Positions 9,755 to 19,736 are shown, numbered from the stretch's first letter. The stretch: DNA of 64,000 nucleotides from a bacterium (GCA_963669175.1 OY769902.1:1792001-1856000), one strand, 5' to 3'. Notes: a model not told the origin generated them from the letters alone. Program-made: numbers and translations.

Positions 9755-10228
9755 ATGCAGGAAAATCCAAACCTTATACCGTTGCAGATGGCGCGTCAGC
9801 TTTTCCTGAATTCCACCAGTGTTCTGGAGGAGGCGGACTCAGGATTTTTCCCGAAAGAAGGGATGTACTCTGTAGCACAGCAGGTAGAACACACCGCTTT
9901 GACTGTATTGTGGTTTGCGAATGCAGTAAAGGGTGAAGGTTTTAATATGGATTTCGAAACCTTTGAAAAGAAGTGTCGTGCAGCGACCTCGTATGACGAA
10001 TCAATGGCTCATTTCAACGCAGCGTTTGATAAGGCGGAGGAGATTTTTGGTGGCTTGAGCCAGGAAGAAATCATGGCGCCACTACCGGATAACCCGATTA
10101 TGGGACCGGTTCCGATCTTTTCCCTGCTTTTTTCAATCCAGGACCACACGGCGCACCATCGTGGTTCACTGGTGGTCTATGCAAGGCTGCTGGGCAAGCA
10201 ACCGAAAATGCCGTATAGCGAGATGTAG
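9755..10228 (+). CDS. DinB/YfiT family protein
   Basis: QQVEH and HTAHHRGSLVVYARLLG His motifs; AAGGAG SD. Confidence 0.88.
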   Translation: MQENPNLIPLQMARQLFLNSTSVLEEADSGFFPKEGMYSVAQQVEHTALTVLWFANAVKGEGFNMDFETFEKKCRAATSYDESMAHFNAAFDKAEEIFGGLSQEEIMAPLPDNPIMGPVPIFSLLFSIQDHTAHHRGSLVVYARLLGKQPKMPYSEM

Positions 10229-10254
10229 AGGTCTAATCCGAGATACAACTTTAT

Positions 10255-10279
10255 AAAGGGGCTGATAGCAGCCCCTTTT
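10255..10279 (+). terminator. Intrinsic terminator (possibly bidirectional)
   Basis: AAAGGGGCTG-ATAG-CAGCCCCTTTT. Confidence 0.85.
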
Positions 10280-10519
10280 GTTTGGTGGTCCTAATAGTTG
10301 CAAACATGGGTACATAAATTTTGAAACAGAGATTCTCAAAGAAAGAAAACCAAAAGCAAAAAATCCGAAGAATCGATCAAGGTATAACCTCAAATAGAAA
10401 GAGGTATGGAAAATGTCTCTCTTAAAAAATGAGAATATACTTGTCATCTATTTGATTACATGGATCTAAGGAGAATCGAAATTTGTACTCCTCCTCTCCC
10501 AGAGAACAAAGCTTTTCGC

Positions 10520-10540
10520 TTGTAGTCATTTTGACTACAA
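10520..10540. promoter_or_regulatory. Perfect palindrome, candidate operator upstream of the chemoreceptor
   Basis: TTGTAGTCA-TTT-TGACTACAA; partial half-site TAGTCATTT near 10568. Confidence 0.5.
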
Positions 10541-10721
10541 AAAACTTCGAATTACTTTATTCATAGATAGTCATTTCCCTGCACTGCTCCCTTGTTATCC
10601 CTATTGAAATCGATTCCATGATTGTTCCTGTCGTAATAATACTGTGTTAGGGGAAGTTAATTGTTGGAGGGTTATTGATTCTTCATAGACCGGGAGAATC
10701 CTTGTACGAGGAGGTGGCATC

Positions 10722-13247
10722 GTGTTTCTAAGTAATCTTCGTTTGCCGGTAAAGATTGCGGGATTAAGCCTGGGAATACTTGTCATTGTTGCGGTAATTC
10801 TTGGTGTTGTAGCAACAATGGGTATTCGTAATCTTGGCAATCAGGTTCAGTCTGATTTGAAGCAGAACACTGAAGACGAGCTGGTGTCGACTCGAGAAAC
10901 ACTGGAAAATGCGCATCAAAGCCGTCTACGTGATTTGGTGAATACGGCAGCCAGTCATTTCGAGGAATTGAATCAGGCTGTATTGGAAGGAAGGATGAGC
11001 CTGCAGCGTGCGCAGCGTGAGGCGATGGAGCGGGTTCGCGTAATGCGTTACGATGAAGGGAAGGGCTATTTCTGGATTAATTCGGCTGATCCGATTCAGA
11101 CTACGATGATCATGCATCCGACGGTTCCTTCTCTGGAGGGCACCGACGTATCTCAGTATACGAAGAATGGTCGCGTGGTCATGGCAGATGGAACAAATAC
11201 GCCGATGTTTGTTGAAATGGCTCGCGTAACCTTGAACAGTCCGACAGATGACGGTTTTGTCGGCTATCCCTGGCCAAATCCTCTCAACATGTCCGAGTGG
11301 CTTCCCAAGTTATCTTATGTGTACAATTTCAAACCCTGGGGCTGGGTGATCGGCTCAGGCGTTTATGTGGATGACATTGACAAGGCCATGGTGTTGAAGC
11401 AGGCGCAAATGGAAGAGATGCAGGAGCGTTTCATTTCTGAAGCGTCCAAACAGACCACTTCAGCAATAACACGTATTCTTATAGTCACCCTCATTCTTGC
11501 TGTCATCGGAGTATTCCTGACCATGTTGGTAGTCCGGGATATCAATGTGCCGTTGAAGAGAATTCAGGATGCTGCGGATGCCATTGCCATGGGTGATGTC
11601 CAGCAGGATGTCGAGATGCGCAGAAAGGATGAGATCGGCCAACTTGCCGTTGTCTTCGGCAATATGATTGAAGGCCTGAAGGATAAGGCGCGAATTGCCG
11701 AGGAAATCGCAGCGGGCAATCTTCAGGTTGATATCAAAGCCCTGTCGGACCGGGATGCAGTTGGCAAAGCCATGCAATCCATGAAGGACAGTCTCCTTGC
11801 CATGCAGAAGAACCTGGGCGAGACCATAGAGGCGCAGAAAGCCGGCGACCTGGATATGCGGTGCAATCCCGAGCGTTTCAAGGGCGCGTATGCAGAACTG
11901 CTGCAGGGCATGAATGATGCGCTTGAAGCTGTGATCAAGCCATTAATTGAAGCTAGTGACATTCTTCAGGTTTATGCTGACGGCGATCTTACCCGTCAGA
12001 TACGTGATCTGCCCGGCAAGCAGGTTGTGTTGACAAACGGCATGAATCAGATTCGAGCCAACCTGAACTCGCTGATTCAGGCCGGTGTTGAACTGGCAGA
12101 TGCAGCTCGTGAAGGACGTCTGCATGAACGCGGGGACGCTGGTCGGTTCTCCGGCGGCTATCGCAAGATCATTGAAGGAATGAATGATATCATCGACAAC
12201 CTGCTCAAACCGGTTGAGGAGGTTGTCAAGGCGCTGGAGAAGATGGCGGACGGCGATCTGAACCTGTCTGTAAGCGCGGATTACAAGGGCGATCATGCCA
12301 AGATGATGAACGCCATGAACAACACCCTGGATGCGCTGAATGAACTGTTGATCGAAGTTCAGGAAGCAATTGACCAGGTGGATTCCGGTTCAACCCAGGT
12401 TTCCGATGCTGCGCAGTCGCTGTCTCAGGGATCGACCGAGCAGGCAAGTTCCATGGAAGAAGTGACATCCGCGACTACAGAAGTCGGTGGTATGATCAAG
12501 CAGAATGCCGAGTCGGCAGTTCAGGCGAACATGCTGGTTGCGGACTCACGCAAGGCGGCTGATCAGGGCAATGCCCAGATGCAGGATATGCTTGGCGCCA
12601 TGCAGGATATCAACTCATCCTCCGATGAGATCAACCGCATTATCAAGGTGATCGATGAAATCGCCTTCCAGACCAACCTGCTGGCGCTGAATGCTGCGGT
12701 TGAGGCCGCTCGTGCCGGTGTACACGGGAAAGGGTTTGCCGTCGTTGCCGATGAAGTCCGAAACCTTGCCCAGCGAAGCGCGCAGGCAGCGAAAGAAACA
12801 ACCGAATTGATCGAAGGCACCCGGCAACGTGTTGATAAGGGCGCCAAGATCGCGGATGAGACAGCAGAAGCGTTGGTGAAAATTGTCGATGGCGTTACGA
12901 AAGTAACGGACCTGGTAAGTGAGATTGCATCGGCCTCCAAGGAGCAGTCCCTTGGAATCGAGCAGATCACGGATGCGCTGGGGCAGATTGATCAGGTTAC
13001 CCAGGCGAATACGACCAATGCGGAAGAGAGCGCTGCGGCGGCAGAGGAGCTGTCAAGCCAGGCAACGAATCTGCGGGCCATGGTGGCAAGGTTCTCCCTG
13101 AGAAGCTCCAAGTCGAGAAGAAAACACAACACGTATGCTGAAATAGCGGCTGCTCCGAGAAAGAAAGCCCTGCCAGGGTACGAAGGCATAGAAACCAAAC
13201 CTGAAGATGTAATCGCCCTGGATGATGAGGACTTTGAAGACTTCTAG
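10722..13247 (+). CDS. Methyl-accepting chemotaxis protein (sCache_2 sensor, poly-HAMP, signalling domain, C-terminal pentapeptide)
   Basis: TM1; [32 protein letters not shown] Cache domain; TM2; repeated HAMPs; [30 protein letters not shown]; ends DFEDF; GGAGG SD. Confidence 0.96.
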   Translation: MFLSNLRLPVKIAGLSLGILVIVAVILGVVATMGIRNLGNQVQSDLKQNTEDELVSTRETLENAHQSRLRDLVNTAASHFEELNQAVLEGRMSLQRAQREAMERVRVMRYDEGKGYFWINSADPIQTTMIMHPTVPSLEGTDVSQYTKNGRVVMADGTNTPMFVEMARVTLNSPTDDGFVGYPWPNPLNMSEWLPKLSYVYNFKPWGWVIGSGVYVDDIDKAMVLKQAQMEEMQERFISEASKQTTSAITRILIVTLILAVIGVFLTMLVVRDINVPLKRIQDAADAIAMGDVQQDVEMRRKDEIGQLAVVFGNMIEGLKDKARIAEEIAAGNLQVDIKALSDRDAVGKAMQSMKDSLLAMQKNLGETIEAQKAGDLDMRCNPERFKGAYAELLQGMNDALEAVIKPLIEASDILQVYADGDLTRQIRDLPGKQVVLTNGMNQIRANLNSLIQAGVELADAAREGRLHERGDAGRFSGGYRKIIEGMNDIIDNLLKPVEEVVKALEKMADGDLNLSVSADYKGDHAKMMNAMNNTLDALNELLIEVQEAIDQVDSGSTQVSDAAQSLSQGSTEQASSMEEVTSATTEVGGMIKQNAESAVQANMLVADSRKAADQGNAQMQDMLGAMQDINSSSDEINRIIKVIDEIAFQTNLLALNAAVEAARAGVHGKGFAVVADEVRNLAQRSAQAAKETTELIEGTRQRVDKGAKIADETAEALVKIVDGVTKVTDLVSEIASASKEQSLGIEQITDALGQIDQVTQANTTNAEESAAAAEELSSQATNLRAMVARFSLRSSKSRRKHNTYAEIAAAPRKKALPGYEGIETKPEDVIALDDEDFEDF

Positions 13248-13333
13248 AGAGATGGCTTCTGTAAAGCAATCCACTAGTGGATCATAGCAGGTGCAATGAT
13301 CCACTAAATCGATAGTCCAGGTACAAGAATAGT

Positions 13334-13371
13334 AATACCCATCGAGTCGAATTACTCGATGGGTATTTTTT
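13334..13371 (+). terminator. Intrinsic terminator
   Basis: AATACCCATCGAGT-loop-ACTCGATGGGTATT followed by a T-run. Confidence 0.85.
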
Positions 13372-13450
13372 CTAAGAATTGTATAAGAATCATACTTATC
13401 CTGTTCACTGACAGTTGGGAAAGACTCGCCCGGAAGAAAAGGAATTGCTG

Positions 13451-14344
13451 ATGAAAGTGGCGTTAAGCGCAGTCCAGCCTGGAATGGTATTGGCTGAAGA
13501 TATTCGTATTGATAGGCGTGTTTACTATCATCGAGGGGAGCGTATATCAAAATCTGACTTGAAGGTACTGAAATCGCTTCGTGTTAAGAGTCTTCACATC
13601 GATGAGAACGCCGATAAGCCGGAAAGCCGTGAGGGGTTTCTCTCGGATAAGCTGCGTGAAGAAGCTGTTGCTGAAGTGCGCCGTACCTACCTGGATTTTC
13701 ACCTGATTACCCCGCGCAGGTTTGATGCCATACGCACTGTGGGCGAGAAAATCGTCGATGAAATTCTCAGTCAGAATACCTTCAATTTTTCATCAATGGC
13801 GTTGCGTACTTACGATGATTACACCTTCCATCATTCAGTAAATGTTACTTCGGTATCGGTAGCGCTCGGTTCGCAGATGGGGTTGCCCGAACGTGAGCTG
13901 AAAGGGCTGGCAGCAGGCGCTTTGATGCATGACATCGGGAAAATGCGGATACCGGAATTGATTCTGCAAAAGAATGGTCGGCTTGAACCGACAGAACGTG
14001 ATTTTATCAACCGACACCCGGAATGGGGCTTCGATATCCTGTCAGAACAGACCGCCAGCGACCCGGTAATCTGGGGGGTGGCACACCAGCATCATGAGGC
14101 AATGGATGGGTCCGGATATCCCAACGCGAAGACCGGACGCAATATTCATCCGTGGGCCAGGATTGTCATGGTGGCTGATATCTGGGATGCGTTGCGCAGT
14201 GACCGGCCTTATAAACCTGCCTGGTCAGTTGGGGATACTTTCGGGTACATGAACAGTGCGGAAATGACAAAGAAACTGGACCCGGAAGCGCTCAACGCCA
14301 TGAATCAAATGATCGCTGTTGAAGACACCTGCATGTCTGAATAG
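13451..14344 (+). CDS. HD-GYP cyclic-dinucleotide phosphodiesterase (canonical motifs)
   Basis: HHSVNV, HDIGK, HP, HHEAMDGSGYP, VADIWDAL, RPYK. Confidence 0.93.
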   Translation: MKVALSAVQPGMVLAEDIRIDRRVYYHRGERISKSDLKVLKSLRVKSLHIDENADKPESREGFLSDKLREEAVAEVRRTYLDFHLITPRRFDAIRTVGEKIVDEILSQNTFNFSSMALRTYDDYTFHHSVNVTSVSVALGSQMGLPERELKGLAAGALMHDIGKMRIPELILQKNGRLEPTERDFINRHPEWGFDILSEQTASDPVIWGVAHQHHEAMDGSGYPNAKTGRNIHPWARIVMVADIWDALRSDRPYKPAWSVGDTFGYMNSAEMTKKLDPEALNAMNQMIAVEDTCMSE

Positions 14345-14580
14345 CGACAAGGTTATCCTGCAGACGATTCAGTTAATGTACTTTATCGAATTATTATTCC
14401 ACAAAATTGCATGATTATACTGTCCCCGTGCCCCAAAAGGGATTTGAAATCTCTTTGGAGTTCCGCTTGCCGTGTCCCTATCTTGCTATCTTAGCATTGC
14501 CATTCATACACTAGTGGATCAATCAGATTGGGTAAAACGGTCCACTAAGCACTTTTCACGTTGAACCTGGGTAATCGTCC

Positions 14581-15762
14581 ATGCACCTCGTAAGTGTCAA
14601 TAAGCTGAAACCAGGTGATGTTGTCGGGAAACCAGTTTTTACCAGCGCCAGCGACATGCTGCTGGCGGCGGGCCAGGAACTGAGTACGCCAATGATCCAA
14701 AACCTCGTACGAAGAGGTTTTACTTATATATATGTACAGGATGGTGTCGCTGACGATATCGCGCCTTCGCAAGTCGTATCGGATACGCTGCGCCGTATGG
14801 TCAGCACGGAAATCAGCCAGGCCTACCAGAAAGTCAAGAATACCCCGGTCTATACTGCGATTAAGACGGAAACAGTTCAGAAAAGGCTGGAGAACGACCC
14901 CAAGCTGAAAGACCTGTTTACGGTTGCAGCGTTTCGCAAGCAGGCTTTGCACCTGCTGAACAATGTAGTCGATAACAATATCAGGGTCTTTTCCGCGCTT
15001 CCGGTGCGTTCGGATGATACAGAACAATTTCAACATGCTGTTGATACAGCGCTGTTGTGTATTCTTGTCGGTCGTGAGCTTCATCTTGGCTGGCAGGATT
15101 TGCAGGTACTGACGACGGCGGCAATGCTGCATGACATTGGTAAAGTACTTCTGTTAGAGGCTCGTCCTTCACTTCGAGAGACGAAAGGTGAGCAACTTCA
15201 AAAGGCGTTGGAGTCACACCCGGAGTATGCTGCTTCTTTGCTGAAGCACAGCGACCCGGACAGCTCCAAAGAACAGATCATTGTGCAGCAACACCATGAA
15301 AGATTGAATGGATCAGGTTATCCCGCTCGTCTGCGTGGCAAAGATATCGCACCGTTACAGATCAGCCAGTATGATACGGGTACAATTTCTGGATTATCTA
15401 TGGTCCTGGCTGTTGTAAACCACTATGATAATCTGTTATCAGGGAAAACCAATGGCACTCTTCATTCTCCCGAAGATGCGATTAAGCAGCTTGTTCTCGA
15501 AGCCGGTGAAAGCTGGAACAGCCATGTTGTGCGAGCGCTGGGAAACATCATTCAGCTATATCCAATCGGCGCGCAGGTACGCGTGATAAGGTCCGGAGGG
15601 ATGCGCTTTGACGGCTGGCGCGGTGTCGTGGTTCGCAATAATCCTGAATCTGGTGATAAACCTATTATTCTGTTGACACATAATGCCATGGGAACCAAAG
15701 TACAACCAGTGGTTGTGAACTGTGCGGCTGATAAAGCAGCGAAACTGGAGTTGTTAATATAA
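14581..15762 (+). CDS. HD-GYP family protein, probably degenerate
   Basis: HDIGK, HHERLNGSGYP, YPIG C-terminal domain; VVNHYDNL replaces VADxYDAL; no RxYK. Confidence 0.88.
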   Translation: MHLVSVNKLKPGDVVGKPVFTSASDMLLAAGQELSTPMIQNLVRRGFTYIYVQDGVADDIAPSQVVSDTLRRMVSTEISQAYQKVKNTPVYTAIKTETVQKRLENDPKLKDLFTVAAFRKQALHLLNNVVDNNIRVFSALPVRSDDTEQFQHAVDTALLCILVGRELHLGWQDLQVLTTAAMLHDIGKVLLLEARPSLRETKGEQLQKALESHPEYAASLLKHSDPDSSKEQIIVQQHHERLNGSGYPARLRGKDIAPLQISQYDTGTISGLSMVLAVVNHYDNLLSGKTNGTLHSPEDAIKQLVLEAGESWNSHVVRALGNIIQLYPIGAQVRVIRSGGMRFDGWRGVVVRNNPESGDKPIILLTHNAMGTKVQPVVVNCAADKAAKLELLI

Positions 15763-16054
15763 GGCAATGTGAATTTTGGATTCTTGGCGCTTTTAGGTTT
15801 TTTCAATGTAACATGAAGTGATTGCTACTCTTGGAGTCAGTGTGCTGCCAAGCAACAGTATTTCTAGGTTTCACGTTGTATACTAGGAATCGGTAGCAGG
15901 AAGGGAGGTAGGGGAGAAGTATTTCCATTCTGGAATTCCTACATATTCTTTTCAGGTTTTGATACCCGGGCGGGTATTTTGCGGTCCAGACAACTCATTT
16001 GAACAGTTGCGTCTTCACTGGTAACGATAAACACTTCGACGAGCGGGATTTATA

Positions 16055-17239
16055 ATGCACCTCGTTAGCGTTGGAAAGCTTGAAATAGGTGATGTCCTGG
16101 GCAGGTCGCTGTATAATGAAAGCCGGGAACTCCTGCTTGCGGCAGGATACAAGCTCACGGCGGACATGGTAAAACGACTCGACCAGCGTGGCTTCAATTA
16201 CGTATACATTATGGATGGAGTTGCTGATGATATTTCTCCTGAAGAAGTCATCAGCGATACTCTTCGCGTTTCCGTCAAAAAAAGTGTTGAAGATGCCTGG
16301 GGTGATATTCGTTCCAATCCTGCTCTACGTGGGCTGGAACCGACCAATATTGAAGAACGTCTTGATAACGATCCCAAATTAAAAAACCTGCTTCAGATGT
16401 CTGCGTTTCGCAAGCAGGCTGCGGACCTCCTGGATGAAGTCATTGGTAATAACGTGCAGGTTTTTTCCTCTCTTCCCATCCGGTCTGAAGATGATCATCA
16501 TGTTCAACATGCGATTGATGTGGCCTTGATATCAATTCTGATGGGGCAGGAGTTGGCGATGCACTGGGATGATCTCAGGTCGCTGGCAACATCTGCGCTC
16601 TTGCATGATGTTGGGAAGACAGTACTGCTCTCAAAGAAAGACAAGGTTAGTCGCGCGTTGTTGCGTGAACGTGAAGTGATGATGCGCGAACACCCTACGT
16701 ATTCCATGTTGATTATGCGGGGGAGCGATCCTGCCAGTTTTAAGGAACAGCTTGCTGTACATGAACACCATGAACAGTTGGATGGCAAGGGATATCCCAT
16801 GGGCCTGACAGGCGAGGATGTTCCCCTGTTGAAGAGATCCGGAACTGGTGGGAGCCGGAAGATTTTCAGACTTTCCATGGTGCTCGCGGTAGCGAACCGG
16901 TATGATAACCTGGTGTCCGGCGCTTATGATGATATCAATTACACTCCGGAAGAAGCTTTGAAGCGGCTGGTTTCCGAATCGGGTGTCATGTGGAACAGCT
17001 ATGCCGTAAAAGCGCTTGGGCAGGTTATTCAATTATATCCTGTCGGTACCATGGTCAGACTTACACGGTACAAGGATATGGAGCATGTAGGGTATTTTGG
17101 CGTTGTCGTTCAGGCTAACCCTGAAGACCAGACCAAGCCGATAATCGTCTTAACACATAACGCCATGAATCAGAAGATCAACCCCAGGAAAATCAACACG
17201 GCAGCCGACCGTAACTGCCGGTTGGAACTCGTCCTGTAG
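16055..17239 (+). CDS. HD-GYP family protein, probably degenerate; paralog of 14581-15762
   Basis: HDVGK, HHEQLDGKGYP, VANRYDNL, YPVG; shares MHLVSV, LLAAG, NDPKLK, AFRKQA, LTHNAM with the upstream paralog. Confidence 0.88.
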   Translation: MHLVSVGKLEIGDVLGRSLYNESRELLLAAGYKLTADMVKRLDQRGFNYVYIMDGVADDISPEEVISDTLRVSVKKSVEDAWGDIRSNPALRGLEPTNIEERLDNDPKLKNLLQMSAFRKQAADLLDEVIGNNVQVFSSLPIRSEDDHHVQHAIDVALISILMGQELAMHWDDLRSLATSALLHDVGKTVLLSKKDKVSRALLREREVMMREHPTYSMLIMRGSDPASFKEQLAVHEHHEQLDGKGYPMGLTGEDVPLLKRSGTGGSRKIFRLSMVLAVANRYDNLVSGAYDDINYTPEEALKRLVSESGVMWNSYAVKALGQVIQLYPVGTMVRLTRYKDMEHVGYFGVVVQANPEDQTKPIIVLTHNAMNQKINPRKINTAADRNCRLELVL

Positions 17240-17483
17240 GCCACATTTCAGAGTCTTTCATACCTTTATACTTTTGATATGTATAGCTTTAGAGGCAGTC
17301 TTTGGGATTGAGACTCTTTTCACTCATTAAAACAGTCTTTCATTTTCCTGTACAGGTTGTCTCAGACGCTGGCAAAATATAACTTGTTACCTGCGACCGG
17401 AACGCAATCCTGGTTAATTCCATTTTTCATAGCCTGGTATATTGACACCGGCTTTCCAGTTTAACACGGCAACAACGGAGTCC

Positions 17484-17801
17484 ATGATGGAGAAGGTGAA
17501 CGACACCAACTTCGAACAGGAAGTTTTGCAGGCAGATCAGTTGGTAGTGGTGGATTTTGGTGCGACATGGTGCGGGCCTTGCAAGAAGCTCGACCCGATC
17601 ATGGAAGAACTGATCGTTGAATACGATGGAAAAGCCAAGATCCGTAAGGTGGACGTAGGTGAAGCGCCTGGTGTCGCTCAACGATATCGTGTTCTGTCCG
17701 TCCCGCAGGTTTTGTTCTTCAAGAACGGTGAAATTGTGGATAACATCGTGGGCCTGGTTGGCAAAGGCGCAATTGCTTCCAAGATGGACAAACACGTTTA
17801 A
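17484..17801 (+). CDS. trxA: Thioredoxin
   Basis: VVDFGATWCGPC, about 105 aa, GGAG SD. Confidence 0.94.
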   Translation: MMEKVNDTNFEQEVLQADQLVVVDFGATWCGPCKKLDPIMEELIVEYDGKAKIRKVDVGEAPGVAQRYRVLSVPQVLFFKNGEIVDNIVGLVGKGAIASKMDKHV

Positions 17802-17852
17802 TATTTTCCTCACTACCGGCATGTGAAACTGTCGTTACGAAAGGACGTTACC

Positions 17853-18338
17853 ATGTTAATGCGAACAATAAGCGTTTCACTTCTGATCCTGTTGATGGCC
17901 GTTGTCGGCTTTACGCAGGAGGCGGCAGATTTCACGCTGAAAGATATGAATGGTAACGATGTGAGTTTTGCGGATCACAAGGGAAAGGTCGTACTGGTCA
18001 ATTTCTGGGCGACCTGGTGTCCTCCGTGCCGTCACGAGATTCCTCATTTCATTGAATTGATGAATGAATTGGGTGACAAGGGGTTTGTTGTCCTGGGTAT
18101 CAGTATGGATGGAGATGCCGGAACAGTGACCAACTGGCTGAAGGACAACCCGGTAAACTACCCGATCATGATGGCAGACGACGCTGTGACAAATACGTAC
18201 AAAGCGTATTTGCCGGAAGAAGAGCGCGGGTACATTCCATTCACATTTATTATTGACAAGCGGGGCAAAATCCAGCATCATGTGGTAGGGTATAAGGACA
18301 AGGCATCCTGGGCTGCCCTGATTAACCCGCTTCTTTAG
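17853..18338 (+). CDS. TlpA/ResA-like thiol-disulfide oxidoreductase, exported
   Basis: Signal peptide, VLVNFWATWCPPCRHEIP, IPFTFIID. Confidence 0.92.
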   Translation: MLMRTISVSLLILLMAVVGFTQEAADFTLKDMNGNDVSFADHKGKVVLVNFWATWCPPCRHEIPHFIELMNELGDKGFVVLGISMDGDAGTVTNWLKDNPVNYPIMMADDAVTNTYKAYLPEEERGYIPFTFIIDKRGKIQHHVVGYKDKASWAALINPLL

Positions 18339-18371
18339 CTTTTCTGGAAGCATTCTCTGGTTGATATTTAT

Positions 18372-18400
18372 CCCCGCCTTTTATCGGCGGGGTTTCATTT
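18372..18400 (+). terminator. Probable intrinsic terminator
   Basis: CCCCGCC-loop-GGCGGGG-TTTCATTT. Confidence 0.7.
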
Positions 18401-18472
18401 GGGGTTGGCATTGTTTGTCAAGTTTTTGCATTTTCTTTTGTTTCAACAACAAGTAACCTGCATTCCAGGGGG

Positions 18473-19561
18473 ATGCCCTTGAACAGGTATTCGAGATTTC
18501 TGTTATTGTTGCTTTTCCTGCCAGTGTTTACGATAGCGCAGGATGCGCCATCTTCCATAATGGGAGATGTGCCGATTCAGGGGGAATATCATGCGGTGCT
18601 TCTCTATACGTTCCAGGTGGACCGTGGAGATGTGCCCGCTGTTGAAACCCTGGCTTTCAGTCGTGATGGATCCATGTTGGCCACCGGGGCCTCTGACGGT
18701 GTCGTTCGTATCTGGGATACCCGTTCCGGGGCATTGATTCGGCGGATGAAAGGAACCCTTCGGTATGTACGCAAGGTTGTTTTCGGGCCGTTCGACCAAT
18801 ACCTGTTTGCCTGTGGCGCTGATGGGACTGTGAAAACATGGGAAGTACGCACCGGACGTTTGAAGGACAAGCTTGAAGCCCATGATGATATTGCTCTGTC
18901 CATCGCGTTGAACCCGGATGCGGATATGATGGCCAGCGCGGGGCGTGACGGGAAACTGATGATATGGCAACGCAAGAGCGGCGCTTTATACAAAGAGATC
19001 ACCTTCGAGCCCGGGCAGCATATCAACTATATCGAATTCAGCCCGAATGGAAAATGGCTGGTCGCAACAGCGACGAACTATGAAGAACGCTCGGAAGATA
19101 ATCCGAACATGACAGATGATGTTTACATATTCAACGCTTTTTCATGGCAGGACACGGTACGGCTTGAATCCAACGATGCCGAGCGTGCGGTATTCAGTCC
19201 GGACAGCAAGCGTCTGGCAACGACGGAATTCCGCAATATCATGATCCGTGATCCGTTCACGGCTGAAGTGCAGATGACGCTTGAGGGGCACAGGAGTTTT
19301 GTAAATGACTTGATTTTCCATCCGACCGGCGAGCTGTTGATCTCCGGCGGCGATGATAAAAAAGTGATTCTCTGGGATCTTCGCAATGGCAATCATATCG
19401 AGACGGTAGATCAGCATAAATTCATGGTGACTTCGGTTGGAATTAATCATGACGGTGACATGATCGCCAGCGGTGATGAAGGCGGCTGGGTCTATCTCTG
19501 GAAAATAGATTTGCTCGACCCGGAGACCGGTCGCCCATTGAAAAAGCGGCGCACTTGGTAG
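18473..19561 (+). CDS. WD40-repeat beta-propeller protein, exported
   Basis: Signal peptide; repeated FS.DG..LATG..DG.V.IWD units (about seven blades). Confidence 0.92.
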   Translation: MPLNRYSRFLLLLLFLPVFTIAQDAPSSIMGDVPIQGEYHAVLLYTFQVDRGDVPAVETLAFSRDGSMLATGASDGVVRIWDTRSGALIRRMKGTLRYVRKVVFGPFDQYLFACGADGTVKTWEVRTGRLKDKLEAHDDIALSIALNPDADMMASAGRDGKLMIWQRKSGALYKEITFEPGQHINYIEFSPNGKWLVATATNYEERSEDNPNMTDDVYIFNAFSWQDTVRLESNDAERAVFSPDSKRLATTEFRNIMIRDPFTAEVQMTLEGHRSFVNDLIFHPTGELLISGGDDKKVILWDLRNGNHIETVDQHKFMVTSVGINHDGDMIASGDEGGWVYLWKIDLLDPETGRPLKKRRTW

Positions 19562-19618
19562 TATACTCCAGCGGCTTGAAAAGCGTACGAGTTGATGGAG
19601 CCAAGCGAGTAAAAACTC

Positions 19619-19646
19619 TTGACTCCGGGCAATTAATGCGTATATT
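19619..19646 (+). promoter_or_regulatory. Probable sigma70 promoter of the tRNA-tuf operon
   Basis: TTGACT-16 nt-TATATT about 90 nt upstream of the first tRNA. Confidence 0.6.
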
Positions 19647-19736
19647 TACAGGCTGCACCCTAGAAGGACACTTTTTGACTCCCGGCGGGCGTCGGGGGTT
19701 TTTTAGATGCCTTTCGAAAGGGTGAGGGTGATAGGC

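Noticed and set aside
10413-10469. 18-codon hydrophobic ORF (MSLLKNENILVIYLITWI) behind GAGG
   Set aside because: Too short and in AT-rich DNA, with no independent support.
13248-16054. Known c-di-GMP-I/II riboswitches upstream of the HD-GYP genes
   Set aside because: The GGCAAAC..GAAA..GACGCAAA and class II consensus elements were not found by eye.
17254-17295. Pyrimidine-rich ~9-bp periodic stretch similar to the reverse complement of the 5989 array
   Set aside because: Too degenerate to call a repeat with confidence.
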